A stretch of 64,000 nt of DNA from Octopus vulgaris (lineage: Eukaryota), in contig OX597814.1 of NCBI GenBank assembly GCA_951406725.2, positions 130,572,001-130,636,000 of the forward strand, in the 5' to 3' direction. The position numbers were made by a program, and so were the translations under genes. This document shows positions 11,965 through 25,536 of this stretch, one piece after another (position 1 is the first letter of the stretch; each line of letters opens with the position of its first letter). The notes under the pieces are model-generated. The model saw only the letters and a program-made list of their open reading frames with translations. It did no database searches and was not told the origin of the DNA.

Positions 11965-12438
11965 AATATTTAAGTATTAATATATAGATGTTTATATCAA
12001 TAGATTTAGCTCACATTGAGTGCAAAAAAAATTAAGCGGAAGAAAGGTGTTATAAGTCCAACAACTGTTTCTGGGGGCTCGAAGAGCCATCATAATGTTG
12101 GTATATGTAGTTCATCACAATATTCGACCGTAATTGAAGGAATCAACATTGGATGAATCGAGCCTCCGTCACTTCTCTGCATTGTGATCTGAAATGTAAG
12201 ATCTTCTCTACCTTGATGACGATTGCTCGATTTGTCCAATGTTGGTTCCTTCCATTAAGGCCGAATATTATGATGAACTAGATCTGCCAATATTACGACG
12301 GCTCTCCGAACCCCTAGAAACAGCTGTTTGAGAGATAACACCTTTCTTTTTTCTTTCTCTTTAATTTTCTCTGTCGTTTGTACGCTGAGTAAGTTGGGTC
12401 TATTAATATAAATATTTACATATTTATTCTTAAATATT
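11965..12438. repeat. Long imperfect palindrome / foldback element (~200-bp arms)
   Basis: aagaaaggtgttat…ctgtttctggggg…tagttcatcacaatattcgacc…aacattggatgaatcgagc pairs with gctcgatttgtccaatgtt…ggccgaatattatgatgaacta…cccctagaaacag…ataacacctttctt. Confidence 0.85.
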
Positions 12439-12744
12439 CAGTAATCCTCCTCCCGCTCCATCGTCTTCCTCGCGCACAGGTCATCCCACCTTTAAGGTAA
12501 ATCAGTTAATAAAACCAGTTTACTTACTGCTTTTGCATTCTTGGTTTTTTTTTTAATTGTCATTTTACTTGTAACTACACCTTTTCTGTTTTAAAAGCCA
12601 TGAAAAATTAATTTTGAGTGGTTCTGTGGGGCTGGGACGGATTAATTATATGTCATTTAATTTCAATGGAGAAAATTGATTTGTAAAACGAGTAAATCGT
12701 AAGACGAGCTCGTACTGGGAGGTATCCCTGTATATATATACCTG

Positions 12745-13361
12745 TTACCCCAACATCGCTTGACAACCGATGCTGGTGTGTTTACGTCCTCGTAACTTAG
12801 CAGTTCAGCAAAGAGACCAATAGGATAAGTACTAGGCTTACAAAGAATAAGTCCTGGGGTCGATTTGCTCGACTAAGACGCGGTGCTCCAGCATGGCCGC
12901 AGTCAAATGACTAAAACAAATAAAATAATATATATATAGGCGCAGGAGTGGCTATGTGGAAAGTAGCTTGCATACCAACCACATGATCCCGTGTTCAGTC
13001 CCACTGCGTGGCACCTTGGACAAGTATCTATCTCCTGCTGTAACTTCGGACCGACCAAAGACTTGTGAGTGGATTTGGTAGACGGAAACTGAAAGAAGCC
13101 CGTCGTATACACACACATATATATATATATAGGTGTTTTTGTGTGTGTGTGTGTGTGTGTGTGTGCGTTTGTCTCCCCAACATCGCTTGACAACCGTTGC
13201 TGATGTGTTTACGTTCCCGTGACTTAGCGGTTCGGCAAAAGAGACCGATAGAATAAGTACAAGGCTTATCAAGAATAAGTCCCGGGGTCGATTTGCTCGA
13301 CTAAAGGCGGTGCCCCAGCATGACCGTAGTCAAATGACTGAAACAAGCAAAATAATGAAAG
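12745..13361 (+). mobile_element. SINE family A 3' half (12745-12926) followed by a full copy (12937-13361)
   Basis: Two tails and one head in tandem. Confidence 0.9.
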
Positions 13362-13367
13362 AATATA

Positions 13368-13417
<50 letters not shown>

Positions 13418-13893
13418 AGTGTGTGTGTGTATTATTACAAATAGATACATATATATATAGATATGTATGTATGCTAGTAGGTAGGTAGGTAGGTAGGTAG
13501 GTAAGTGGGTTTCTGCTATATCACTGAATGAAATTACTAGAATATGTACTCTGAATATGATAAAATCTGGTAAATGTAACGTGATGCGTTGAAAAGTATC
13601 AATCAACTGAGATTAAGCAATTGATAAACATAAAGTATCTTCAAGTAGGGTTAGAACATACGAACTGCATGCAAAGCTGGAACTGTTCTTTGAAACGGAT
13701 GAAACGCGATGACACGGTATGCCCGCAGTCGTAGAACCGAAACAAATAAAAGATACACGCGCACATACACACACACACACTGACACATGTATACGCATAT
13801 ATATATATTTATATATAAATATATATATATATATGCATGTATGTATATATATATATATATGTATGTATATATATATATGTATGTATATATATA

Positions 13894-13941
<48 letters not shown>

Positions 13942-13977
13942 ATGATATTGAGGTCTTTTGTTATCTTACCGTTTTTA

Positions 13978-14047
<70 letters not shown>

Positions 14048-14051
<4 letters not shown>

Positions 14052-14346
14052 AGGCGCAATAGCCTAGTGGTTAGGGTAGCGGACTCGCGGTCGCAGGGTC
14101 GTGGTTTCGATTCCCAGACCGGGCGTTGTGAGTGTTTATTGAGCGAAAACACCTAAAAGCTCCACGAGGCTCCGGCAGGGGGTGGTGATCCCTGCTGTAC
14201 TCTTTCACCACTCTTTCTCTCACTCTTTCTTCTGTTGGCCTGCTCGCTTAGCCAGCGGGGTGGCGTCATTCGAAGGCTAAAACAATGCGAACGCATTGTG
14301 ATCAGCGATGTGTAACAACATCTGATGGTCTGGTCGGTCACGTGAT

Positions 14347-14352
<6 letters not shown>
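14048..14352 (+). mobile_element. SINE with family C-like head and a distinct tail
   Basis: gtggaggcgcaatagcctagtggttagggtagcggac…gtttcgattcc…ctccacgaggctccggcag, then a different tail ending gtcacgtgatcacgtga. Confidence 0.85.
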
Positions 14353-14433
<81 letters not shown>

Positions 14434-15796
14434 TATGTATGCATGTATGTATGTATAGACAGACAGACAGACAGAAAGATAGATATGGGAGAGAGAGAAA
14501 GAGAGAGATTGAAAGAGGTATACAGACAGATAATTGACGGATATGTGTGCGTATGTATAAATAATCGTTCTTAGGGAACAGAAGTGTGCGTTTATTGAAT
14601 ACTTTATTAAGGATTACTTTCAAAAAATGGAGCGCTGTTTCTAAATAAAACAGAAACATTGTCACTAAAAACAGTATCAAAATATTGTAACTTAAATTAG
14701 AACACGGCTCATTGAATCTACTGTAAAGCTTTGACTGGTCTTGGCGTTACTGGTGCATCAAAGCAGAGGGCTGTAAATTCCATCACTAAAGCTTCAGAGA
14801 CGGCCAAAGGTGAGTGACTTTGGATAAAAGGGTCAGATCAGTGGCTTGCTGCTACTGAGATGTAAGCTGAGATTCAATCAGCCTCGACTGGGTCAAATGA
14901 ACGAGGGAATCGGGTTTTAAAAGATCCGAACACTCGGTGATTCCAGAAACATTATGAATAATGTATCCCAGAGCATCCGCTAGATGGCTAGATGATTCTT
15001 AATAATAAACTGTTGCAGATTTTTCAAAATGTCACTATCTGACATTTATGAATTATAGATAAGCAACGTTATCTTTTGTCTCTTTAAGCCGAGCGTGTAT
15101 TTGAGAGAAAATTTATAAATAATGTGTTGTTTACATTTTTTGTAATATTATGTATCTTTCTTGAATTTTAATTGAAATGGAAATATTCTCAATGTTCTGT
15201 GCTCACACATTTCTATATGCTCAACAAGTAGAATTTTCTGTCTTCTGGCTCGTTCATAGAAATTTCTGGTCTGACCAATGTAGCTTTCTTTACAATTGGG
15301 ACATTTTATGCTAAGCATTAAATCCTTTGTATTGCGCGGTTATTTTGTAAGAATTTTGTCTCAGAACTAGCTTCAAAATATGTGGAGTTTATAGTGCATG
15401 GCTTACACTTGCTAGCTTTTCACGTTTCAACGGAAGTTTTGGAATTATTGGCTAATGTGAATTTTATCCATTTCTTTAGTTGACTCCTAAGATGTCCATT
15501 TACTTTTTTGCATTTCTATTTATTTCTAGGGAAGTTTTGTAGTTTTAGAAAACCATTCAGTTCATTCAATCGAATTGACCATAGTTGTAGAGCAGACACT
15601 ATCACATATATTGGTTTTGTCACGTAGTAGAGAATGTTTTGCATATTGTGCGGTGAATAAAATTTTGTAGGATATCTAAGAGCGCAATGTTTTTATTACA
15701 AGCTTCTGTAGTGAATCTAATGGACAAAAGAAGGGCATTTAGGAGGTTATGAAGTATTTATATTTCACCTTTCACCTGTTGATTTACTTAAGTAAG

Positions 15797-15858
<62 letters not shown>

Positions 15859-15914
15859 CACAGACACACACACATATATATATATATACATATATATATA
15901 ATATACATACATAC

Positions 15915-16052
15915 TGTTGTGTGGAGACCCTCAGACGATGAAGTAGGCTAGCCCAATAAGTAGATATAGAGGGAGAAGCCTAGACGTCAAGAGTAGCAGT
16001 CAGAATAAAGGAGTCGAGTTGAGTAGAAGGCACCCGAACGTACGACATAACA
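15915..16052 (+). mobile_element. Very short solo LTR
   Basis: TGTTGTGT…ACATAACA inverted termini, internal AATAAA, flanked by CATAC on both sides (within a CATA microsatellite). Confidence 0.55.
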
Positions 16053-16099
16053 CATACATACATACATACATACATACATACATACATACATACATACAT

Positions 16100-16211
<112 letters not shown>

Positions 16212-17604
16212 ATGTCTGAAAGAGTGTGTCTTTTTTAAAATTTATTTCATACATCAAGAACTCTCTACTTTTCATCAGGCATCCACCCACACGGCTAACA
16301 AACAACGGAACAGATTTTGTGCCCGTGGTTGTCCCGTTTATCGATAAATTGAACTGATGTTTTACATCAGTCAAAGCTGTTTTCTTTCAATATAAAGCCT
16401 AACGCTTTGAAGAACATATCTGTTTTGAAACGTTCATAAACTATGTCTCAATGTTTTCTACCTAGTAAGTCTTCCGTTCCAGTTCATTAATGTGATACAC
16501 GGACAAGACACATCAAATCATGTTAAAATGCTGCCCTCTGTAATAATTGATGGAATATATTTAAGGAATCTATTCCATCACGTACGTAACTCAAAATTTT
16601 TATCATAGAGGTCTAAGTAGCATATCTATAAAGTGACTCAGACTGTGTTTGTTAAATTGTAGTTCAGTAAATATTGGTTTGTGTTTGAGATCAGCTGGTC
16701 TTAATATAATTATTTATTGGTAATTTTCTTCATTGGCAGCTTTCAGAATAACCGAGTTTTTATGGACCCTTAGTAAGTCACACAAATTACTTTCCCTGTC
16801 TTTCAGCTTGTATATGTAATCAATTTCTTTATCAGCAAAAGTCAGAATATTAGTTCATTGACGATTCGATTTTGTTTATAATTATTTTATCTAGAGTTTT
16901 TATATCTTCCCTGTAGTAATTCTCCTCCCTTAAATTTTTCGATGCTTTATCTTCGTAAATACTTTATCTTGAATAATTATAATAATGCTTACAACCTTTG
17001 TCAGTTTCCTTAAAATAATTGACTTATCATTTTCAATGTTTTCAGAGCTTCTTAACTTTTTACGGAAGTTTCGTTTGTATTTATAAATAGCACTGAGGAA
17101 AATCGCTAACGTATCGATATAATATCCATATGTTCAGCTCTTCCCTATACGGAGTAAAATCTGAGGCGTCGATTAAAGTGTCATATGTCCATTTTGAATT
17201 CGGTCATATTTGACACTGATGTAAGAGGAAATTTGAATTCCTTTACTAATAAAGAAATCTAATATTTACTTCATTTTTCCCGATAAATTTGTAATTTTCA
17301 CGGGGTCAGCATTTTTTGTGGATTTGTTTTATTCCTTGTTCCATCAGATCGTCTATCAAATGGAAGTATGCTCCCCACCAAAGAATTTGGAGGAGTTTTA
17401 GTGAAGCAGAGCGATATTACATCAAAGAGAGAAGTTGGATAAGGAGCAATGCGACGAGATATAACGTACACTACAAGAAAGGAATCAAAACAAAACAAAA
17501 CTGCAGTTTTATCATATATTCTTATATTTCGAGGCTATGACTCCTTCTTCGGGACATGTGGAAAAGGGATGAATGGACCGGTGTGCACCATCAGTATGTT
17601 ATAC

Positions 17605-17957
17605 CAGTGTCTGCCAAACTGTGTGCTGCAGCACAACGGTGTGCCGCGATAGATTTGTAGAATGCCGCGAAAAATATTTTCGGGTTTTTCGGGAAACAAC
17701 GATCCAAGAACATTCGCAAAGTTCGAGCGTAAATATAAATCAATTATGTAAATCGCAAAATACGGTAAATACAAATTAATTACATTACACTACGAACAAC
17801 AGTTTTGCATTTAAACCGGTATTTTCTGTACGTAAATCGTTTAGTAGTCCTAGTAGTTTTATTTATTTAATTATAATTTATATTATTTTATGCTAATTTT
17901 AATCGATTTTTACATTTAGATATAAGCATGGGGAAAAGTTTTATTGAGACCTCAGAA

Positions 17958-18023
<66 letters not shown>

Positions 18024-18897
18024 TAGCAAAAAAGACAAACAACAGAATAAAAGGTTCATCTCATCAAAACGAAAATATAGTGAAAATTACATCCAATATG
18101 GTTTTATATTATCAGAAAAAGACAACTCGGTTCCTTAGCAAAACTCTCAAATGAAGTGGCAGTTCCCAGAAAACTTCAACGTCATCTAATAACAAATCAT
18201 CCGCAACATAAGGACAAGCTAAAAGAACACTTTGACATGCTAAAAAATAATTTTAAAATTCAATGAAAAAGGCTGAATAAATTTCTCCCAATTCCTGAGA
18301 AAGTTCAAATCGCTAGTTATAAAATTGCCCAGCTTTGGGCAAAGAAGAAGAAAAAAAAACCACATTCTGATACTGAAAACAATATTTTACCAGCCTTGGA
18401 GATCGCCGTTGGTACAAAGGTTAGCGATGAAGCCGTCAAACAAATTAAGACCATTTCTCTGTCTGTCCACACAATCTTTCGTAAAATTCAAGACATTTCG
18501 CGAGACATTGATGATCAGCTCCACAAACATTTCACTTTAGCAAAAAAATGAATTTCAAAGAAAGTACAGACATCAGCTGCAAAGCTCAACTAATTTCATT
18601 TCTGCGAATAATCAGTGGTGGTAAAATCACAAGTCAGTTTTTATTTTGTTTTGAGTTGAAGGAGAGAACGACAAGAGAAGATGTCTTTAACCTGGTAAAC
18701 CAAAATGTCGTTTTTTGAGGGATGCAGTGGAAAACTTGTATTAGCGTTTGTATTAGCACTTCATCCATGCAAGGTCGAAAAAAGGGTTTTTGTTCATGTA
18801 TTACAGAAAAAAAAAGAAAATTCACAAGTTAAAACTGTACATTGCATGATTCACCACGAGGTTTTTGTGTCAAAATCTCTACCAGATGGTCTCCTCG
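17605..18897 (+). mobile_element. hAT Buster/Charlie-type transposon, 5' part, defective; same family as 10728-11746
   Basis: TIR cagtgtctgccaaactgtgtgctgcagcaca; KRKYSENYIQYGF…; VHCMIHHEVFVSKSLP motif; (GA)n expansion at 17962-18019. Confidence 0.9.
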
Positions 18898-19109
18898 TTA
18901 TATGTATATGTATATATATGTATATATATGTATATATGTGTATATGTATATATGTATATGAATAATATATGTATATGTAAATATATATATATGTGTGTGT
19001 ATACATATATATATATATATACAGACACACACACAGACACACTCACACTCACACTCACACACACATACACAAGGGAAGAGAGAGACAGAGATGTATTTAT
19101 ATATACATA

Positions 19110-20403
19110 CGAGGGGCGTTCAATAAGTAATGCCCCTGACCCACTTCCCATAGCAGTAGAGCAACGAAACTTGGCACAGTTATTAGTCTTTTTTTTACAT
19201 AGGAAACACCCAGAGTTACGCATTTCTCCCATCGTTTGATGCAACTCTGGAGACCGTTTTTGTAGAAGACCCCAGTTTGGTCCTCCAACCACGACGTGAC
19301 TTCAGAAACCAAGGCTGCATCATCTGGGAAACGCTTTCCTTTCAAAAACAACTTCATGGCTGGGAAGAGGTGAAACTCAGAGGGTGCAAGGTCAGAAGAG
19401 TAGCGGGGATGGGAGAGGAGTTCATAGCCACAACCCTGTGCTTCTGATCTGGCGACACGCAAGTTGTGGACCGGAGCGTTGTCCTGCAGGAAGAGGAGGC
19501 CTTTGCTGATCTTGCCCCGCCTCTTGATTTTGATAGCTTCTCTTAATTTCTTCAAAAGTGAAGCATAATAGGCTCCTGTAATTGTGGTACCCTTTGCCAG
19601 GAAATCTGTCATCACTACTCAGTCCTGGTCCCAGAAGACTGTGAGCACGACCTTGCCAGCGGAGGGCTGCACCCTTGCCTTCTTTGGAGGAGGTGAGTCA
19701 CGGTACTTCCACTGCATTGACTAGGCTTTGGTCTCTGGATCATAGTGATGGACCCAGGTTTCATCCTGTGTAATCAGTCTGCTGAAAAATTTTGACTCAT
19801 CTTTTTGGCACATCTCCAAATTCATCCTCGAGCATTCGACGCGTTCTTGCTTCTGGAAAGGTGTGAGCAACCTGGGAATCCATCTGGCAGACACCTTTTG
19901 CATATGCAAATGGTCATGAATGATAGTTTTCACAGACCCGGTACTAATCTTGACCTCATGGGCTATTTGACGAATAATTATGCGTCAATCTTCCAAAATG
20001 GCAGCCTCAACTTGACGGACAGGTGCCTCATCAATGGCAGAAGGGGGGCGACCAGATCTGGGAGCTGTTTCCACAGAGTTCCGACCATGTTTAAATTCAC
20101 GATGCCAGCGTTTTACAAGGTCATATGATGGGGCATCATCACCATAAGTTACTTTCATTTCATCAAAAGTCTCCCGTGGTGTGCGTCCTTTCAAATACAA
20201 AAACCGGATCACTGCTCGACACTCAACTAGCTCCATTTCACACTTGACTCTGTTCAAACACCTGTAAATCAGAAACCACAATTTGTTCAGAGCTGCAATT
20301 TGCCACTTAATCTATAGAGATATAAATAATTGCACATGCAAAATGTCAGGTAGATCAAACAACTGCAAGTGGGTCAGAAGCATTACTTATTGAACGTCCC
20401 TCG
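19110..20403 (-). mobile_element. Full-length mariner (Himar1/irritans-like), inactive
   Basis: TIRs cgaggggcgttcaataagtaatgc / gcattacttattgaacgtccctcg with TA on both sides. Confidence 0.95.
19183..20236 (-). pseudogene. Mariner transposase pseudogene
   Basis: MELVECRAVIRFLYLKG…, WIPRLL, ITQDETW, LQDNAPVH, YSSDLAPSEF (third Asp changed to Glu); frameshift near 19985 and stops near 19721 and 19620. Confidence 0.9.
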
Positions 20404-20490
20404 TATATGTACATTTATATATGTAAATATATACGTATATGTGTGTGTATTTGTGCATATATGTGTATACATATACAATTAAAACACACG

Positions 20491-20540
20491 TGTATGGCCA
20501 CAGCTCGTGAGCTGAAACTAGATAAAATAAAATAAAAAAT
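20491..20540 (+). mobile_element. Extremely 5'-truncated tail of the 32300-33250 LINE
   Basis: atggccacagctcgtgagctgaaactagataaaataaaataaaa. Confidence 0.75.
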
Positions 20541-20548
20541 AATAATGT

Positions 20549-20788
20549 ACAGTTCCCAAACCCCCCGCGATAGGTGAAAATCCGCGAAGTAGAAACAATA
20601 TTGTACTATATATTTTACTTTTATCATTTTTATAATTTGTATAAAATTATTTTATCATAAATGCAAAACAACACCACAGAGGAATCGGCGTAAGCTTAAA
20701 TAATAAACCACGATAGGTGAACCACGATACGGGAACCGCGAAACGGGAACTGCGATAAGTGAACCGCGATATAGCGAGAGATTACTAT
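20549..20788. mobile_element. pogo/Tigger-type MITE
   Basis: tacagt…cgcgataggtgaaaatccgcg; subterminal (gtgaaccgcgata) repeats; ends atatagcgagagattactata. Confidence 0.6.
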
Positions 20789-21215
20789 ATGCCTTTGTGT
20801 ATACTTATGCACATGCATATACTTCTACATAGGTTCGTATATAATGAGCACTAATTTTTCCGTTTGTGAACGCACGCGCGCGTACACACGCATACGCACA
20901 TACTTGCACACACGGAAGCACCTTCCTCTTGTTTGTGCATACAGGTGTAAATCTTTATACTATGTGAGAACTGTTTTCGCCAAAATGATACATTTAGACA
21001 TTCGTTAAATAAATATCAATATATACGAGGCTGAAATAGTTACTGGGATTGCAGTTATCGACTAAAACCTTCCCCACCATCCCCGAAATGAAATGTTGCA
21101 TTTGTTTGATTCATACCAGGACAAGAAATGAAATAAAGAAACGAGGTGGCATAAAATAGGAACAACCACTCCGGACGAATTGAGAAATACTATATTTAGC
21201 ACATAAGTTTGTCTT

Positions 21216-21466
21216 AATTACCGAGGGCAAAAGCCTCTAACCACATTCCATCGTGGACACATCCCATTCACTCGGTGTCAATTATTGAGGGCAAATATGC
21301 TAACCACATTCCACCGTGGATATATCTCACTCACTCGGTTTCAATTACCGAGAGCTAAAGACACTAAACATTCTATCGTGGACACATACCATTCACTCGG
21401 TCTCAGTTACCGAGGGCAAAAGCCTCTAACCGTATTCCATCGTGGACATATCCCATTCACTCGGTC
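21216..21466. repeat. Four-copy ~63-bp minisatellite
   Basis: Unit aattaccgagggcaaaagcctctaaccacattccatcgtggacacatcccattcactcggtgtc, with diverged copies. Confidence 0.9.
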
Positions 21467-22315
21467 CATACTCAACATTCACTCTCCTTTTATTGAATTT
21501 CAGAAAGCAGTACTTGTCGCTCACCCTCTCTTCATTCTTCAAATGGAGTTTGCAAATGTGTAACGTTGGTTTGGGCGAAGAATAAGAACATTTTTTTCAC
21601 TCCTTTTAACCGACATGCTATCCCGACTGACAGCATACATGCTTATGCAGTCCTGCTAGCCTAAGGCTGCTTTGTGGATAAATTACAAAAGAACCGCAAG
21701 AAAACACTTTACCGCTCAGTGAAAAGAGAATTCTTGTTGTTCCAACTCCGTCTACACTCAGAATTATTTATTCTATGCTCACAATATACATATTTTTAGC
21801 TGCGCCCAGAAGGATGATAGATTAGATTTATAATATTTTAGATTAGATTCTATGAATGGGAATTACAGTATCTATGATCTTTTTCAGAAACTTACGAGGC
21901 TGATAGGATAAAAATAAATTTTCCTCGGATCAAACTTTTGTCCTGAATGTTTGCTACAGTGTGAACTCATTTGCTGGTACTCATGTCAGATAGCGGGATT
22001 CAACCATGCGAACGGAATATGATCACCCAAGAGTTAGTAAATATTCCGCCCAGCTTTTGGGCCCTTTTTTTCTATCTAAATTCACTTACAAAGTTTTGGT
22101 CAGTCTTTCGCTGAAGTTGAAGACACTTGGCCCTGTTCAGCAGGATTGAAACTTATAATTAAAACACATTGGTGCAAAACAAATTACTTAACGATACGAG
22201 AATTTTAAGAAACTAGAAAAATTAAACTAATAACTACCAGGTAATTAGTTCAGTGACGTACAATTTCTGCTAAAATCAAATTTAATCAAATTTCTCCTCT
22301 TTCAAAAATCTAAAG

Positions 22316-22663
22316 GAATGCTTCTCAACCTGAGTCCATATGGCCCCTGAGGATCCATGTAAGATTTGGAGGTCTACGCAAGAAAACAGTAAATTGGAGG
22401 TGTGCAATATTATTTTAAGGCCCTCTGAAAAATATTTGCTTTAGATTGGTATGTATTGCAAGAAACAGTTAGGTTTCTTTCTCTAACATTTTACATAGTG
22501 TAAACTACAAAAGTTAAAGCGTGAAAACTATATAAGGATTTTGAAAGAAGTTTCTGTACAACTAGTTTTTAAACATCAAATGGTTGTTGGGGTCCACTAG
22601 AATACAATAGTAATCAAAGTGGTCCATAGATTTACAAAACAAAAAGTAGGTCGAGAACCCCTA
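22316..22663. mobile_element. hAT/Charlie-type MITE
   Basis: Termini …tgcttctcaacct / aggtcgagaacccct with internal ggtccat repeats. Confidence 0.55.
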
Positions 22664-23350
22664 ATCTTATGAAAATGAGAAAAGCTAATTGTTTTGTTAA
22701 TTTTTGCAGAATAGGTAGAGCAACAAATAAAATGTTTAGTATTTTGACATGTCACTTTACGATCTGAGATTACGTTTTCCTGAGATCAACTTTCACTTTC
22801 ATCTTTTGCGGATAAAGTGGTGGAAAATATTTTATAGACAATACTTCTTCAGTTGTCAACGTAAAGAATTAGTGCAAATGAACGGCAAATGCGGAAGTGA
22901 ACAAGAAATCTGTTTAGCTGGAGACAGCGATTTAATTTTGATTCTCTCTTGTAAGAGATTCATTTACGTTTTTATAACTTTGTCAAGAAACGAATGGTAC
23001 TATCTATGAGATTTACGGGCTCCCCCAGATTGGAGATATTGATACAGTGAATGTTCATTTTGAACAACAATTGGTCGGTGTCTACAGGAAGACAAAATGT
23101 TAGTTCTGTAAGAATTGCAGAATGTTGCAAATTGTGTGTGTGTATGTGTGTGAAGGGTGGTGATAGAGAATTAGACAAAAAAAATGTTTTATTGCCAGCT
23201 AAAGAATATGATTAGAATGAGAAGAACCAAAGAAATTCCCATGTCCCATGTTTTAACAAATCTCATCCGCGACGCTTATGCGACAAAGTCTTTATTAGAA
23301 TTCTATCATCTCAATCATCATTGGAATTTTCTCATATCCATCATCATTTT

Positions 23351-23504
23351 CTTGTTGTTGTTGTTGTTGTTGTTGTTCTTGTTGTTGTTGTTGTTGTTGT
23401 TGTTCTTCTTCTTCTTCTTCTTCTTCTTCTTCTTCTTCTTCTTCTTCTTCTTCTTCTTCTTCTTCTTCTTCTTCATAATCATCATCATCATCATCATCAT
23501 CATC
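23351..23504. repeat. Compound trinucleotide repeat (GTT)n(CTT)n(CAT)n
   Basis: Directly visible. Confidence 0.95.
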
Positions 23505-23608
23505 ACACCCACTTCATTTGAAATATTCTTCCAATTATTTATCAATCAAAAAAATACCTGTCCAATAAAATTTTTATCCCTTCTCCCATTACATACATGT
23601 ATGTGAAT

Positions 23609-23670
<62 letters not shown>

Positions 23671-23771
23671 GCACACACATATACATATATATATACATAT
23701 ACATTATATGGAAACGCACACATGTAAATGTACACATGCACAAACATATATATACATACAGAGACACACGC

Positions 23772-23811
<40 letters not shown>

Positions 23812-24029
23812 CATATACGTATATATACATACATAAACACTTACACGCACACACAAACACACACACACTCTCTCACACACACACACACACATATATACAT
23901 ATACATACAGACATATATATCTATAAATCAGTTGACGACGGGGGAATTGTTTTCATCGTAAAATATATTGAAGAAACTATTTCCAATATTCTATTTTAAA
24001 CACTGTATTTGTATATATATACATACACA

Positions 24030-24082
<53 letters not shown>

Positions 24083-24972
24083 GTGTGTGTATGCATGTTT
24101 ATCTATATATCTATATATGTACAACTATATACATTATATATATATATATATATATACACATATATATATATATGTGTGTGTATATACATGTATATGTACA
24201 CACACATATACAATATTGTATTTCGTCTCTTTTCATGAGTTCAATGCTTTACAGTTTATTCCCAATTTTCAATATATTTCCAATATATCAATTTCTCAGC
24301 GATTTCCAATGATATTAAATTTGCAAAGTTTTATTACTTAATCCATTTGGTTTCAGAAAGTTGCGATTGAAATACACACAAACACACGCACACACACACA
24401 CATACACACACACACACGCATGCATATATTTTGTATATATACACAAATCGTCATAGAAAATTACAACATACATTCAGACACACATACATACACACATACA
24501 CACACACATATATATATATATATATACATAACATATATACATACTTATACTCCCCCACAAACATATATATATATTGGCATGTAGGCAGCTACATATGTGC
24601 GAGACTAGGCACTGGCCTGTATTATATATGCTTTCATATCAGCATTTGTATGTTTGCATGCGTATATATGTGTCGGAGCGTGTGGGTGGGGTGAATATAG
24701 ATAGAATTTCAAAGAAGATCATATGTCCAACTGGCCAGGTAGTACTACGCTTTTTCTAAACCTTTTATGAATTTTTAATAACAGAAAGTAGATTAAAATA
24801 CCTGGTGGCTTAGCTACGTGGTTAAAACGTTAGGTTCAAATCGCTCGGTTCGAGTTTATGTGACATTGCACTGTACTTTGGGGCATTAGTCTCCTCTGCC
24901 TTCTGTTGGCTAATGAATGATATGTGAATGTAATTTGTAAGACGGAAAGGCGGAGGCTATATGGAAGAATGT

Positions 24973-25293
24973 GTGAAGGCGCATGGCTCAGTGGTTAGAT
25001 CGTGAGGTTGTGAGTTCGAATCCCGGACCGGGCTGCGTGTTGTGTTCTTGAGCAAGACACTTTATTTCACGTTGCTCCAGTTCACTCAGCTGTAGAAATG
25101 AGTTGCGACATCACTGATGCCAAGCTGTAACGGCCTTTGCCTTTCCTTTGGATAACATCGGTGGCGTGGAGAGGGGAGGCTGGTATGCATGGGCGACTGC
25201 TAGTCTTCCATAAACCACCTTGCCCAGACTTGTGCCTCGGAGGGTAACTTTCTAGGTGCAATCCCATGGTCATTCATGACCGAAAGGTGTCTC
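24973..25293 (+). mobile_element. SINE family B
   Basis: gtgaaggcgcatggctcagtggttag…gttcgaatcccggaccggg…; matches 306-621. Confidence 0.9.
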
Positions 25294-25304
25294 TTTATGG
25301 AAAA

Positions 25305-25470
25305 ATGGCATAACCTGACGCAGGGTCGGACCGTCAGCGACGAAACCGGCAGTATTAGGAAGCCTGCTTGGTAAGTAGGTGATCTTGGGGCACGCCTCAA
25401 AGGGGAACCCCTCAAAACCAAGATCTCCTCAAAGGGCGGACGAATTCAGGAGAATCGACAGCTATCCAAC
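25305..25470 (+). mobile_element. Diverged RTE-type 5' end fragment (homologous to 8500-8660)
   Basis: gtcggaccgtcagcgacgaaaccggca…aagcctgcttggtaag…aaagggcggacgaattc parallels gtcgggtcgtcggcgactaaacaggca…aagcttgcttggtgag…gggcggaggaactc. Confidence 0.5.
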
Positions 25471-25476
25471 TACGTG

Positions 25477-25536
<60 letters not shown>

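Noticed and set aside
21216-21466. CRISPR array or HDV ribozyme array
   Set aside because: No unique spacers, eukaryotic context, and P3/L3 geometry does not fit HDV.
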